A stretch of 32,000 bases of DNA, from the NCBI RefSeq assembly GCF_900105015.1, contig NZ_FNLK01000006.1, positions 1 to 32,000 on the forward strand, written 5' to 3'. Under the pieces are notes generated by a model. It saw only the letters and a list, made by a program, of their open reading frames with translations, searched no databases and was not told where the DNA came from. Shown piece after piece: positions 1 through 9,651 of this stretch. The stretch is from Schaalia meyeri. GTDB taxonomy: Bacteria > Actinomycetota > Actinomycetes > Actinomycetales > Actinomycetaceae. Positions within the stretch are counted from its first letter, which is position 1. Each line of letters opens with the position of its first letter. A program made the translations under genes and the position numbers.

Positions 1-1735
<1,735 letters not shown>

Positions 1736-1923
1736 AAAACCCCACACACCCACCCCCACCTGGAACACCAGAAAAAAAAGGGGGGGCGGGAGCGCGTGTG
1801 GGACACACATACGCGAACTGTTCGCAACCACTATGCAAACCACGATCAACCCACCCCCCCACGCACACCCACGCACGCGCGCGAGCGTTGGTGGCGTGCG
1901 GGATCGGTAAGGTTGGACACAAA

Positions 1924-2044
1924 GTTTGTGGTGGTCATAGCACCGGGGAAACGCCCAGCAACATTCCGAACCTGGAAGCTAAGCCCGGTAACGCCAATGG
2001 TACTGCGATCGACAGGTCGTGGGAGAGTAGGACACCGCCACAAC
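1924..2044 (+). rRNA. rrf: 5S ribosomal RNA
   Basis: 'gtttgtggtggtcatagcaccggggaaacgcccagcaacattccgaacctggaagctaagccc...gtgggagagtaggacaccgccacaac' matches the actinobacterial 5S pattern. The terminal helix tgtggtgg/ccgccaca closes the molecule. It lies ~190 nt downstream of the 23S. Confidence 0.93.
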
Positions 2045-2320
2045 ACAACCACACAAAAACAACACGCCCCCCACCCCCCCTCCCAGCCAGGAGACCAGGG
2101 TGGGGGGCACCCGCATACCCACACACACCAACACGCGCACCCAGAGCGCACACAACACAACACAGCGAACCCAGAGCACACACAACACAACACCAGCGGG
2201 CGCACAACCACAACACGCACACACGCGCACGCACGCACGCGAACGCGCACGGTAACACAAGGGACACCCTCAACAACGACACCAACCCCCAACACCCACC
2301 AACCAAATACGCGCGACAAC
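2045..2320 (+). other. C+A-rich, T-depleted rrn trailer tract (non-coding), including an imperfect 30-bp tandem duplication at 2140-2169/2170-2199
   Basis: Hand count over 2041-2320: about 6 T and 47 G in 280 nt, the rest C and A. There is no credible coding frame; the translated ORFs are H/T/P/N low complexity. Confidence 0.8.
2066..2108 (+). terminator. GC hairpin just after 5S (candidate rrn operon terminator or processing stem)
   Basis: 'gccccccaccc' (2066-2076) is the exact reverse complement of 'gggtggggggc' (2098-2108): an 11-bp perfect stem with a 21-nt loop. No U-tract follows. Confidence 0.5.
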
Positions 2321-2376
2321 ACTTAAGAAGCTATCCGTTGTGCGTGGACCTGTGTTCTAAGAGATACGTGGTGAGC

Positions 2377-2405
2377 TTGATCGGAGGTTAGTCCCCCACT
2401 AGAGT
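2377..2405 (+). promoter_or_regulatory. Candidate sigma-70-type promoter for the FMN reductase gene
   Basis: TTGATC (2377-2382), 17-nt spacer, TAGAGT (2400-2405), in a locally AT-richer segment ~40 nt upstream of the ATG at 2442. Confidence 0.3.
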
Positions 2406-2441
2406 AGTTGATGTTTCAACGATTACTTGAAAGGGAACATC

Positions 2442-2963
2442 ATGACGTCTGTTGCTATCGTTCTTGGCTCCGTTCGCCCCGGTCGCTGGGGCGAACAGGT
2501 TGCAAACTGGGTTCAGGGGAGCGCCCAGGAGGCGGGTTTTGAAGCTACGATCATCGACCTGAGGGACTTCGATCTGCCCGTCTTCGCCGAGGAGATGGCC
2601 CCGTCGATAGAGGCGCCGACTCAGCCGGAAGGCGTCCGTTTCCGCCAGGCCCTCGAGGCGCGCGACGCCGTCATCTTCGTGACCCCCGAGTACAACCACT
2701 CGATTCCCGGGGGCCTGAAGAACGCCATTGACTACCTGCCTCCGTCAACGTTGAAGGACAAGTCGGTCGGCCTGGTGGGCTACTCGTGGTCTGGAGCGAG
2801 CAAGCCCCTTCAGCACTTGCGAGAAATCCTGGGTACTTTTGGCACTGCGATTCGCGACCAACAGGTCGGGTTGAACCTCGGCTCCGACTTCGCAGACGGT
2901 GTTCTTAGCCCTGATGATGATGCTCGCGGGCAGGTTCGTCGTCTCCTGGCCTCCCTCGTCTAA
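2442..2963 (+). CDS. NAD(P)H-dependent FMN reductase family oxidoreductase
   Basis: Track ORF 2427..2963. Family motifs 'IVLGSVRPGR' and 'VTPEYNHSIPGGLKNAIDYL'. The ATG at 2442, preceded by 'aaggga' at 2430-2435, is preferred over the TTG at 2427. Confidence 0.85.
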   Translation: MTSVAIVLGSVRPGRWGEQVANWVQGSAQEAGFEATIIDLRDFDLPVFAEEMAPSIEAPTQPEGVRFRQALEARDAVIFVTPEYNHSIPGGLKNAIDYLPPSTLKDKSVGLVGYSWSGASKPLQHLREILGTFGTAIRDQQVGLNLGSDFADGVLSPDDDARGQVRRLLASLV

Positions 2964-3028
2964 TAGGGGACTCATATAGCCGCCCGCATCCGCATGGGCC
3001 GACGCGGCCCTGGCGTGATGTGGACATG

Positions 3029-3074
3029 ACGCGTGTGGGACAGGCAGTGAGCTGCCGGTCCCACACGCGTTTTC
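3029..3074 (+). terminator. Intrinsic terminator after the FMN reductase gene, at the junction with convergent pmt
   Basis: 'acgcgtgtgggac' (3029-3041) pairs with 'gtcccacacgcgt' (3058-3070) as a 13-bp perfect stem, extended by an inner ggcag/ctgcc helix, then 'tttt'. Confidence 0.75.
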
Positions 3075-3083
3075 GTGGCGGCG

Positions 3084-4802
3084 CTAGATCCAGGAGGGAA
3101 GCCACATGTGTGCGCGCCAGAAGTCGTAGTCGACGACGTCCCCGCGCCACAGCGGCATAAAGTATGCTGCGCAGCCCAGGACCGCGACTGTGAGGAGCGC
3201 GGCGAGAACCCACCCGGTAATCCGAGTGTGGCGGGGGAGGGGTGCCGCGGCGGGAGCCCCGTCCGCGGTGACCCATCCGGCCAGCAACGCGACCATCCAG
3301 GCGACCGTAAGCGCGACGAAGGGAGCAAAGGCAACGGTGTAGAAGGTGAAGATCGTCCGATGGGCGTATCCCAGCCACGGCACGTAGAGGGCAATGTAGC
3401 CCAGCACGATGACTCCCGTCCGCCAGGATCGGTAGTAGCAGGTCGCCCACAGGAGGAGCAGCAGGGCGCCGATGCCAATCCACCAGAGGAGGGGATTACC
3501 GAGCGCGACGACGTCGCTCGCACACTTGCCGGAGGCGCATCCCGTGATTGCGTCGCCGTTAGCCCAGTGGAACGACGTGGCGCGGTACTGGAAGAGCCAC
3601 GTAAAAGGGTTGGACTGATACTTGTGCGGCGTTTCCAATCCGTTGTGGAACGTCCACATCTCTTTGTGGTACAGCCACAGGTCGGCCAGGGCGCCACCGA
3701 AACCGTGGATGCCCGAGCGCCCATGTCCGTGCGCGGCCGGATGTGCGAACCATCCGAACCAGGAGGCGATGTAGGTCAGGACGGCGGTGGGGACCATGAG
3801 GATGAACGCCCACCAGATGTCGGCGAGGAGCGCACCGCGCACGGGCGCGGGGTGTCCGGCCCGCCACCGGACGGTAACCTCGCGGATGGCGACGAAAATG
3901 CCCAGGGCAGCCAGCGCGTAGATCCCGGACCACTTCACGGAACAGGCGAGGCCTGCGAGGAAGCCGGCGGCCAGCAGCCACGGGCGGTTGCCCGCGTTAG
4001 GGCCGATCGCGAAAGGACGCCGGTCGTGCAGCGTGAGGGAGGCGCGCAGAGCCGTCAGGCCCACTCTGGGGCTGCCCAGGCCGTCCCACTCGGATAGCTT
4101 GCGCTCCAGCATGGGCTGCACCATCTGTTGGTCTTTCACGACGCACAGGAACGCCCCTAGCACAAACATCGCGAGGAAGCCGTCGAGGATGGAAGTGCGG
4201 CTCATGACGATCGCCATGCCGTCGGTGGCCAAGAAGAGTCCAGCGAGCAGGGTCAGCGCGGGCGAACGGAAGAGATTCTGGGCGAGGCGGCACAGCAGGA
4301 ACACCGTGATGACGCCGCATATCGCCGCGGCGATGCGCCAGCCGACGGGGTTGGCCTGCCCGAAGAGCTTTATGCCCAGGGCGACGAGCCATTTGCCGGT
4401 GGGCGGGTGGACCGGATAACCGCCCACCATGGACAGCCCGGAGACGTCGCCGGCCACGAAGGAAGCGTCGTATTCCTTGGGCCAGGTCCCCTCGTATCCA
4501 AGGGTGAGGAGTGACCAGGCATCTTTGACGTAGTAGGTTTCGTCGAAGATGAGCGTGCGGACATTATCGAGGCCCGGGAGGCGGATGGCTGCCGCAACCA
4601 GCGTCGCGATCGCGGTGGCTACCCATCCGGCGGCGGGCGTTCCGAGTGAATCGGTCCAACTGCGCGCGCTGCTGGTGCGTGCGGCGCTGGCGGTTGGGTC
4701 CGCGAAAGTCTGCTCGTGACAGGCGTCGACGGTCTCGGGGCCCGGGTCGGCCTGTGGCGCCTCGCCGGCGGGGGACTGGTGTGCGTTCGCTGTATCCATC
4801 AT
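3084..4802 (-). CDS. pmt: Protein O-mannosyltransferase (dolichyl/polyprenyl-phosphate-mannose-protein mannosyltransferase, PMT family)
   Basis: Track ORF 3084..4877. Multi-pass membrane protein with the loop-1 'IFDETYYVKDAW' (DE motif) typical of the PMT family. It sits near rsmI as in Mycobacterium (Rv1002c/Rv1003). The start is probably the ATG-ATG at 4802/4799 rather than 4877. Confidence 0.85.
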   Translation of the reverse strand: MMDTANAHQSPAGEAPQADPGPETVDACHEQTFADPTASAARTSSARSWTDSLGTPAAGWVATAIATLVAAAIRLPGLDNVRTLIFDETYYVKDAWSLLTLGYEGTWPKEYDASFVAGDVSGLSMVGGYPVHPPTGKWLVALGIKLFGQANPVGWRIAAAICGVITVFLLCRLAQNLFRSPALTLLAGLFLATDGMAIVMSRTSILDGFLAMFVLGAFLCVVKDQQMVQPMLERKLSEWDGLGSPRVGLTALRASLTLHDRRPFAIGPNAGNRPWLLAAGFLAGLACSVKWSGIYALAALGIFVAIREVTVRWRAGHPAPVRGALLADIWWAFILMVPTAVLTYIASWFGWFAHPAAHGHGRSGIHGFGGALADLWLYHKEMWTFHNGLETPHKYQSNPFTWLFQYRATSFHWANGDAITGCASGKCASDVVALGNPLLWWIGIGALLLLLWATCYYRSWRTGVIVLGYIALYVPWLGYAHRTIFTFYTVAFAPFVALTVAWMVALLAGWVTADGAPAAAPLPRHTRITGWVLAALLTVAVLGCAAYFMPLWRGDVVDYDFWRAHMWLPSWI

Positions 4803-4887
4803 GAGTGAGTGTAGCGGGCAAAATGCCTCCGGCAGCATTGCTCGCAAACCTGATCGGGCACATGGGCGAGGACACAAAGAGAGTGTG

Positions 4888-4917
4888 TTGAGAATAGTTC
4901 TCGCCTGTTGTTATAAT
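4888..4917 (+). promoter_or_regulatory. Promoter of the metal ABC operon with an overlapping Fur-family (Zur/Mur-like) operator candidate
   Basis: TTGAGA (4888-4893), 18-nt spacer, TATAAT (4912-4917). The dyad 'gagaa-tag-ttctc' (4890-4902) overlaps the -35. 'tgagaatagttctcg' matches about 10/15 positions of the TGAAAATGATTTTCA-type Zur box as I recall it. Confidence 0.5.
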
Positions 4918-4950
4918 TTCGTGTACCCGAAAATACCATTAGGAGTATCA

Positions 4951-6090
4951 GTGATCCCCTCCACAGCTCGCGGCGCGACCGCCGCAGTCTTCAGCTTGGC
5001 TCTTCTTTCGCTGGGCGCATGTGCCCCCTCACCTTCGGCCCACGGCCTCAAGGTCGTCGCCACGACCACTCAGATTTGCGATTACGTGACCCAGATTGCG
5101 GCCGCCTCCAGCGACATCTCCCTCGATAAGACGGACGCCTCCGGCGCCAAGAGCCATGTCGGCGCGGACTCCAAGGGCGCCGCCCTCGCGATGAGCCTGA
5201 CCTGCCTGCTCGCCCCCAACGCTTCCGCGCACGAGCACGAGATGACGCCGGCGCAGGCGGGCGCGCTCGCTGAGGCGGACGTCATGGCGGTCTCCGGTGT
5301 TGACCTCGAACACTTCCTGGACGACGCTGTTACCTCTTCCGGCTTCCACGGGCGCATGGTCGTCACCTCCGGCGTCCTGACTGCTTCCGACATTGATGAC
5401 CCGAGCGCCGGGGACGGCGACCACCCCTATACGATCGACCGAGGCGATGAGCGCGTTGAGGTCGCCCCCTGGCCCTTCCCGCCCGAGGACGGCGAGGAAG
5501 AACCCGAGTTCCGCTTCGATCCTCACGTGTGGACGTCGCCCAAGCGTGCGCGCATCCAGGTGAGTAACCTCGGCGCTGGCCTCGCCGCCGCCTCTCCCGA
5601 GGCCGCATCGTCGATCAAGAAGGCCACGGCTGCGTACCTGGAGGACCTGGACGCCCTCAGCACATGAGTTGCCAACTCCATCGAGACCGTTCCCTCCTCC
5701 CAGCGCGTCCTCTTCACCTCGCACGACGCCTTCGGATACTTCTCCTCTGACTACGGCATCCGATTCGTCGGCGCCGCGCTGAGCGACTTCAACGAACAGC
5801 AGGACGCCACGGCCGAGCACATCGCGAACGCCGTGAAGCAGGTTCAGGAATCCGGCGCAGTCGCCATCTTCGCTGAGAACTCCAACAACTCCAAGTCCAT
5901 CGAGGCGATCGCCCGGGCCGCCGGCGTGAAGCCAGTCATCGGTGATGACGCCCTCTACGGCGACTCGCTGGGACCCGACGGCAGCGAGGGAGCCACCTAC
6001 GTGGGATCGATCATCCACAACGTGCGCGCTGTGACTGATGCGTGGGGAGGTAATGCCCCGCAGCTGCCAGAACGCCTCCAGGATAAGTGA
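4951..6090 (+). pseudogene. Metal (Zn/Mn/Fe) ABC transporter substrate-binding lipoprotein, TroA/ZnuA cluster-9 family, interrupted by an in-frame TGA at 5665-5667
   Basis: Track ORFs 4801..5667 and 5833..6090 share one frame, and the sequence between them reads on as '...LDALST*VANSIETVPSSQRVLFTSHDAFGYF...'. GTG start at 4951, 5 nt after 'aggag' (4941-4945). Signal peptide with lipobox 'LSLGAC'. Family motifs 'DPHVWTSP' and 'TSHDAFGYF'. Confidence 0.8.
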
Positions 6091-6806
6091 TGACGCATCT
6101 CGTCTCCTTCCGTGACGCAACGCTGGGTTATGCGACAACCCCGGCGTTGAGTGGCCTGACCCTCGACGTTGACGAGGGTCAGGCCCTCGCCCTCGTCGGC
6201 CCCAACGGCGGCGGAAAAACCACGCTCATGCGTGGCATCGCCGGCGGCTGCACGCTCCTGTCCGGCAGCGTTGAGGTGAATGCGAAACGCATCGGTCTGG
6301 TACCCCAGAGCGCCGACCTCGATCTGACCTTCCCCGTCAACGCCTCCGAAGTGGTCACGATGGGGCTCATCGCAGAAGCCGGGTGGGGCAGGCGTATCAC
6401 CGCCGACATGCGACGCCGAGTCGACGAGGCGCTGGAGCGCGTCAACCTGATAGATCGGGCGTCCCACCGCTTCGGCACCCTCAGCGGCGGCCAGCGCCAG
6501 CGCGTCCTGGTCGCGCGCGCCCTCGTTGCCCGGCCGCAGCTGGTCATGATGGATGAGCCCTTCAACGGGCTCGACGCGCCCAGCCGCGACATCATCACCC
6601 GCCTCATCACGGAGCTCACCGCGGGCGGCGTCGGCATTGTCGTGTCCACACACGACCTCTCCCTCGCGCGCGACGTATGCTCGGATGCCTGCATCCTCGC
6701 CTCGCATCAGATCGCCCTCGGCCCCGTCGCCGATACCCTGGTGCCCTCCCACCTGGCACGCGCCTACGGTTCCGGGGCGGACGAAGCGATAGCGGCACTG
6801 TCATGA
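6087..6806 (+). CDS. Metal ABC transporter ATP-binding protein (ZnuC/TroB-like)
   Basis: Walker A 'GPNGGGKTT', ABC signature 'LSGGQRQR', Walker B 'LVMMDEP'. The start overlaps the upstream stop (GTGATGA at 6087-6093). Confidence 0.9.
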   Translation: MMTHLVSFRDATLGYATTPALSGLTLDVDEGQALALVGPNGGGKTTLMRGIAGGCTLLSGSVEVNAKRIGLVPQSADLDLTFPVNASEVVTMGLIAEAGWGRRITADMRRRVDEALERVNLIDRASHRFGTLSGGQRQRVLVARALVARPQLVMMDEPFNGLDAPSRDIITRLITELTAGGVGIVVSTHDLSLARDVCSDACILASHQIALGPVADTLVPSHLARAYGSGADEAIAALS

Positions 6807-7693
6807 TCGCGCCCTATCTGCTGCGTCCGATCATCATCCTCGGGCTGCTCGCCCTGGCCGTCGGCCCGGCCTCGACCCTGGTCAACCTGCGGCGAGCGGA
6901 GTTCGGCGCCGAAACGATGGTGCACGGCGTCTTCCCCGGCATCGTCGTCGGGATGGCCGTCGGTGGCCGCGACGCGATCATCCCCGGCGGCGCGCTGTGC
7001 GCGGCATTCGTCGCAGCCGCCCTGACGATCACCTCGCGCCGTCAACATTCCTCAGAGGCGACGACGGCCGTCGTCCTGACCGCCTTCTTCTCCCTGGGAA
7101 TTGTTATCTCCCTGCGCGTCGGCGATTTGTCTGGACAGCTTGAGGCCCTCATGTTTGGCCGCCTTCTGGACATCACGACCTCACGTATGTGGGTCAGCGC
7201 GGTGGTGCTGGTCGTCGCTGGACTCTTCCTCATCGCTATGTGGCGCGCCCAGATCGCGGTCGCCTTCGACCGGGAGGCCGCGCGCGTCGGAGGTGTTCCC
7301 ACGCTGCTGGTCGATGTCGTCTTCAACGCCGCTCTCGGGGCCATCGTGGTCGCTGCCTCGACGGCCGTCGGAGTCCTGCTGGTCGTCGGCTACCTCATCG
7401 TGCCCGGCGCGTTCGGTCGCCTTTTGGCGCCGGGAACACGATCCATGGCCTTGCTCGCGATCGGCTGCGCGCTGGTCGGAGGATGGAGCGGCTTCGCCGT
7501 CTCCCTCTTGCGCGCACCCAGGCCGCTGTCTCCGCAGGCGTGCGTCGCCCTCGGTGTGCTCATCTGTTTCGCCCTCGGGTGCGCGGCGCGACAGTTCGGT
7601 GCGCGGCGTGATCGACCTGCACGATTGGCGCGCGCCGCGCGTGAAACACAGCGTGAAACGACGACGGTCGCGCAGGTGGGGGGCGCGCAATGA
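6803..7693 (+). CDS. Metal ABC transporter permease (ABC-3 family, TroC/ZnuB-like)
   Basis: Hydrophobic multi-TM protein starting 'MIAPYLLRPIIILGLL'. The ATG at 6803 overlaps the ATPase stop (ATGA). The track ORF 6677.. carries a spurious N-terminal extension. Confidence 0.85.
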   Translation: MIAPYLLRPIIILGLLALAVGPASTLVNLRRAEFGAETMVHGVFPGIVVGMAVGGRDAIIPGGALCAAFVAAALTITSRRQHSSEATTAVVLTAFFSLGIVISLRVGDLSGQLEALMFGRLLDITTSRMWVSAVVLVVAGLFLIAMWRAQIAVAFDREAARVGGVPTLLVDVVFNAALGAIVVAASTAVGVLLVVGYLIVPGAFGRLLAPGTRSMALLAIGCALVGGWSGFAVSLLRAPRPLSPQACVALGVLICFALGCAARQFGARRDRPARLARAARETQRETTTVAQVGGAQ

Positions 7694-8547
7694 TCGCCAG
7701 CCTCCTCGTCCTTCCCGCGCTCCATGTGGCGCTGATCGGCGCCCTCGGCGGGCTGGTCGGCGCGTTCGCCTACCTCGATCGGAGAATCTTCTTCGCAGAA
7801 TCCGTCACGCACGGCACGTTCCCCGGAGCGGTGCTGGGCGTCGTCATCGCGGCGGCGGTCGGGCTGGGACACTCGGGCAGGTCCACCGCCCTGTACATCG
7901 GCGCGTTCCTCGGAACGATCCCGCTGGTCGCGCTCATGCGCGCCCTGGCCAAGATCCCCGGCATTTCCTCCCAGGGGGCGGCGGGCATCGTCCTCACCGC
8001 CGGATTCGCAGCGGGCTACTTCCTGGCAACCTGGTTCAAACCCCTGCCCCTCGCCGTCAACTCCTTCCTGACCGGCTCCGTCATTACCGTCTCACCCGCG
8101 GACGTCGTATGGGCGGCGGCCATCCTGGTGCTCACGACGGTGACCGTCAGCGTGGGACACAGGCACCTGCTGGCCCACTGCTTCGATCCTTCGGCGCCAG
8201 CCGCTGCTTCTCATACCGCGCGCAACGAACACATCATCCTGACGATCATCCTCGCCGCAGTCACGGTCGCGATCCCCGCCGTCGGAACGGTTTTATCCAT
8301 CGCGCTCGTAGCGGCCCCCGCCGCCTCCTTGGCCCCCATCGTCTCCAGCTCGCGGGCTTTCCTCATCGGCAGCCCGCTGCTCGGCGCCTTCCTGGGACTC
8401 GCGGGACTGGCAATCGCCGTCCCCGCGCGCCTGAGCGCCGGAGGGACGATCGCGCTCCTTTGCGCGGTGAGCGTCTTCGTCTCACGAGTTCCGGCGTGGA
8501 TCGCCCGCGTCCCTCGCGCTCGTCGTGCGCGCAGACGCTGGGCGTGA
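7690..8547 (+). CDS. Second metal ABC transporter permease (ABC-3 family, TroD-like)
   Basis: 'MIASLLVLPALHVALIGALGGLVGAFAYLDRRIFFAESVTHGTFPG' is typical of ABC-3 permeases. ATGA overlap with the previous gene at 7690-7693. Confidence 0.85.
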   Translation: MIASLLVLPALHVALIGALGGLVGAFAYLDRRIFFAESVTHGTFPGAVLGVVIAAAVGLGHSGRSTALYIGAFLGTIPLVALMRALAKIPGISSQGAAGIVLTAGFAAGYFLATWFKPLPLAVNSFLTGSVITVSPADVVWAAAILVLTTVTVSVGHRHLLAHCFDPSAPAAASHTARNEHIILTIILAAVTVAIPAVGTVLSIALVAAPAASLAPIVSSSRAFLIGSPLLGAFLGLAGLAIAVPARLSAGGTIALLCAVSVFVSRVPAWIARVPRARRARRRWA

Positions 8548-8557
8548 GGCGGTGCCA

Positions 8558-9463
8558 ATGGGTGACACCACCGACGCGCCCCCTGCCCCCGGGCCTGCGG
8601 GCGTGTCCCCCGTGACGCCCTCGCCGGGGCGCTACCGCCAGGAGCGCGGATCGATCCTGCTGGCAGCCACGCCGATAGGGGATGCGCGCGACGCGTCGGC
8701 GCGCCTGGTGTCCGCGCTCGAAGGCGCCGACATCGTTGCTGCGGAGGATACCCGTCGTGCCTTCGCGCTGGCCGCGCGCCTGGGGATCCGGATCGGTGGG
8801 CGCGCGATCGCCCTGCACGACCACAACGAGGCAGAGAAAGCCGCGGGAATAGTCGATGCGGCGAGAGGAGGGGCGCGCGTCGTCTACGTCTCTGACGCTG
8901 GCATGCCGACCGTGTCGGACCCCGGATTCCGTCTCGCCCGCGCCGCCATTGACGCAGGCGTACCCCTGTCCGCTTTGCCCGGCCCCTCCGCGCCGCTCGT
9001 GGCGCTCGCACTGTCGGGGCTGCCCTCGGATCGTTTCGCGTTCGAGGGGTTCTTGCCCCGCAAGGATGGTGAAGCGCGGCGTTACCTGCAGGAATTGGCC
9101 ACCGATCCGCACACGCTGATCTTCTTCGAGTCGCCCCGGCGGGCCGCCTCAACGCTGGCGCGAATGGCCGACGTGTTCGGTGGTGATCGATGTGCCGCAA
9201 TGTGCCGCGAGCTCACCAAGGAACACGAGGAGGTGCGTCGCGGAACGCTCGCGACCCTGGCCGCCAGCGACGGTGAGATCCTCGGCGAGGTCACCATCGT
9301 CGTGGCCGGGTATGAGAAATCGACCCGCGCCCAGGACCACGTTGGTGCGGTCCTCGCGCTGGCGGCCGAGGGCATGCGCCTCAAGGACGCCGCGGCCGAG
9401 GTGGCTGCGGCTACCGGCGCGCGCAAGAACGACCTCTACAAGGCGGCCCTCGCCGCGCGGTAG
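8558..9463 (+). CDS. rsmI: 16S rRNA (cytidine1402-2'-O)-methyltransferase
   Basis: 'LLAATPIGDARDAS', 'VVYVSDAGMPTVSDPG', 'LPGPSAPLVALALSGLPSDRFAFEGFLPRK' are RsmI (tetrapyrrole-methylase fold) hallmarks. The ATG at 8558 is preferred to 8525. Confidence 0.9.
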   Translation: MGDTTDAPPAPGPAGVSPVTPSPGRYRQERGSILLAATPIGDARDASARLVSALEGADIVAAEDTRRAFALAARLGIRIGGRAIALHDHNEAEKAAGIVDAARGGARVVYVSDAGMPTVSDPGFRLARAAIDAGVPLSALPGPSAPLVALALSGLPSDRFAFEGFLPRKDGEARRYLQELATDPHTLIFFESPRRAASTLARMADVFGGDRCAAMCRELTKEHEEVRRGTLATLAASDGEILGEVTIVVAGYEKSTRAQDHVGAVLALAAEGMRLKDAAAEVAAATGARKNDLYKAALAAR

Positions 9464-9551
9464 AGGCGCGGCGGCGCGAGGCTGGGGCTGGAGCGCAACG
9501 TGCGCTGGAACCCCGTGGGGGATGCCGAAGGGCATAATCTCGCTGCGCGCG

Positions 9552-9651
9552 TGGATAGGAAACGATGAACTGGATAGGTTATCGCGTTCTGGATAGGTTA
9601 ATAACCTATCCAAATGCCCTGTTTCCTATCCAGAACAGCACAACCTATCCA
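9552..9651. repeat. Array of six 8-bp core repeats, TGGATAGG x3 then CCTATCCA x3, with a central perfect 23-bp palindrome
   Basis: Cores at 9552-9559, 9571-9578, 9590-9597 (forward) and 9605-9612, 9625-9632, 9644-9651 (reverse), spaced 19, 19, 20 and 19 bp. 'tggataggttaataacctatcca' (9590-9612) is an 11-1-11 perfect palindrome. The extended flanks pair L1 with R2 (tggataggaaac/gtttcctatcca) and L2 with R3 (ctggataggtt/aacctatccag). Confidence 0.9.

Noticed and set aside
1772-1786. The A8G7 homopolymer junction as a phase-variation switch.
   Set aside because: It lies in the 23S-5S transcribed spacer with no ORF or promoter to switch. It more likely belongs to a spacer processing helix with the upstream C-rich run, or is a site prone to sequencing error.
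5665-5667. The in-frame TGA as selenocysteine or as genome-wide TGA-to-Trp recoding.
   Set aside because: TGA is used as a genuine terminator at homology-supported C-termini throughout this window, for example at 6088-6090, 6804-6806, 7691-7693, 17718-17720 and 19405-19407. I saw no SECIS-like hairpin right after the codon, and the expected residue is Trp rather than Cys or Sec.
7101-9200. ORFs 7101..8615 (+) 504 aa and 8211..9200 (-) 329 aa.
   Set aside because: They are off-frame or antisense to the two ABC-3 permeases and rsmI. They are extremely Arg/Pro/Ser-rich and cross two translationally coupled gene junctions.
9552-9651. The repeat array as a CRISPR locus, and ORF 9565..10374 (+), which starts inside it.
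   Set aside because: The repeats are only 8-12 bp and switch orientation half-way. The spacers are 11-12 bp and no cas genes are present. The ORF is antisense to pncA for most of its length and has no homology.
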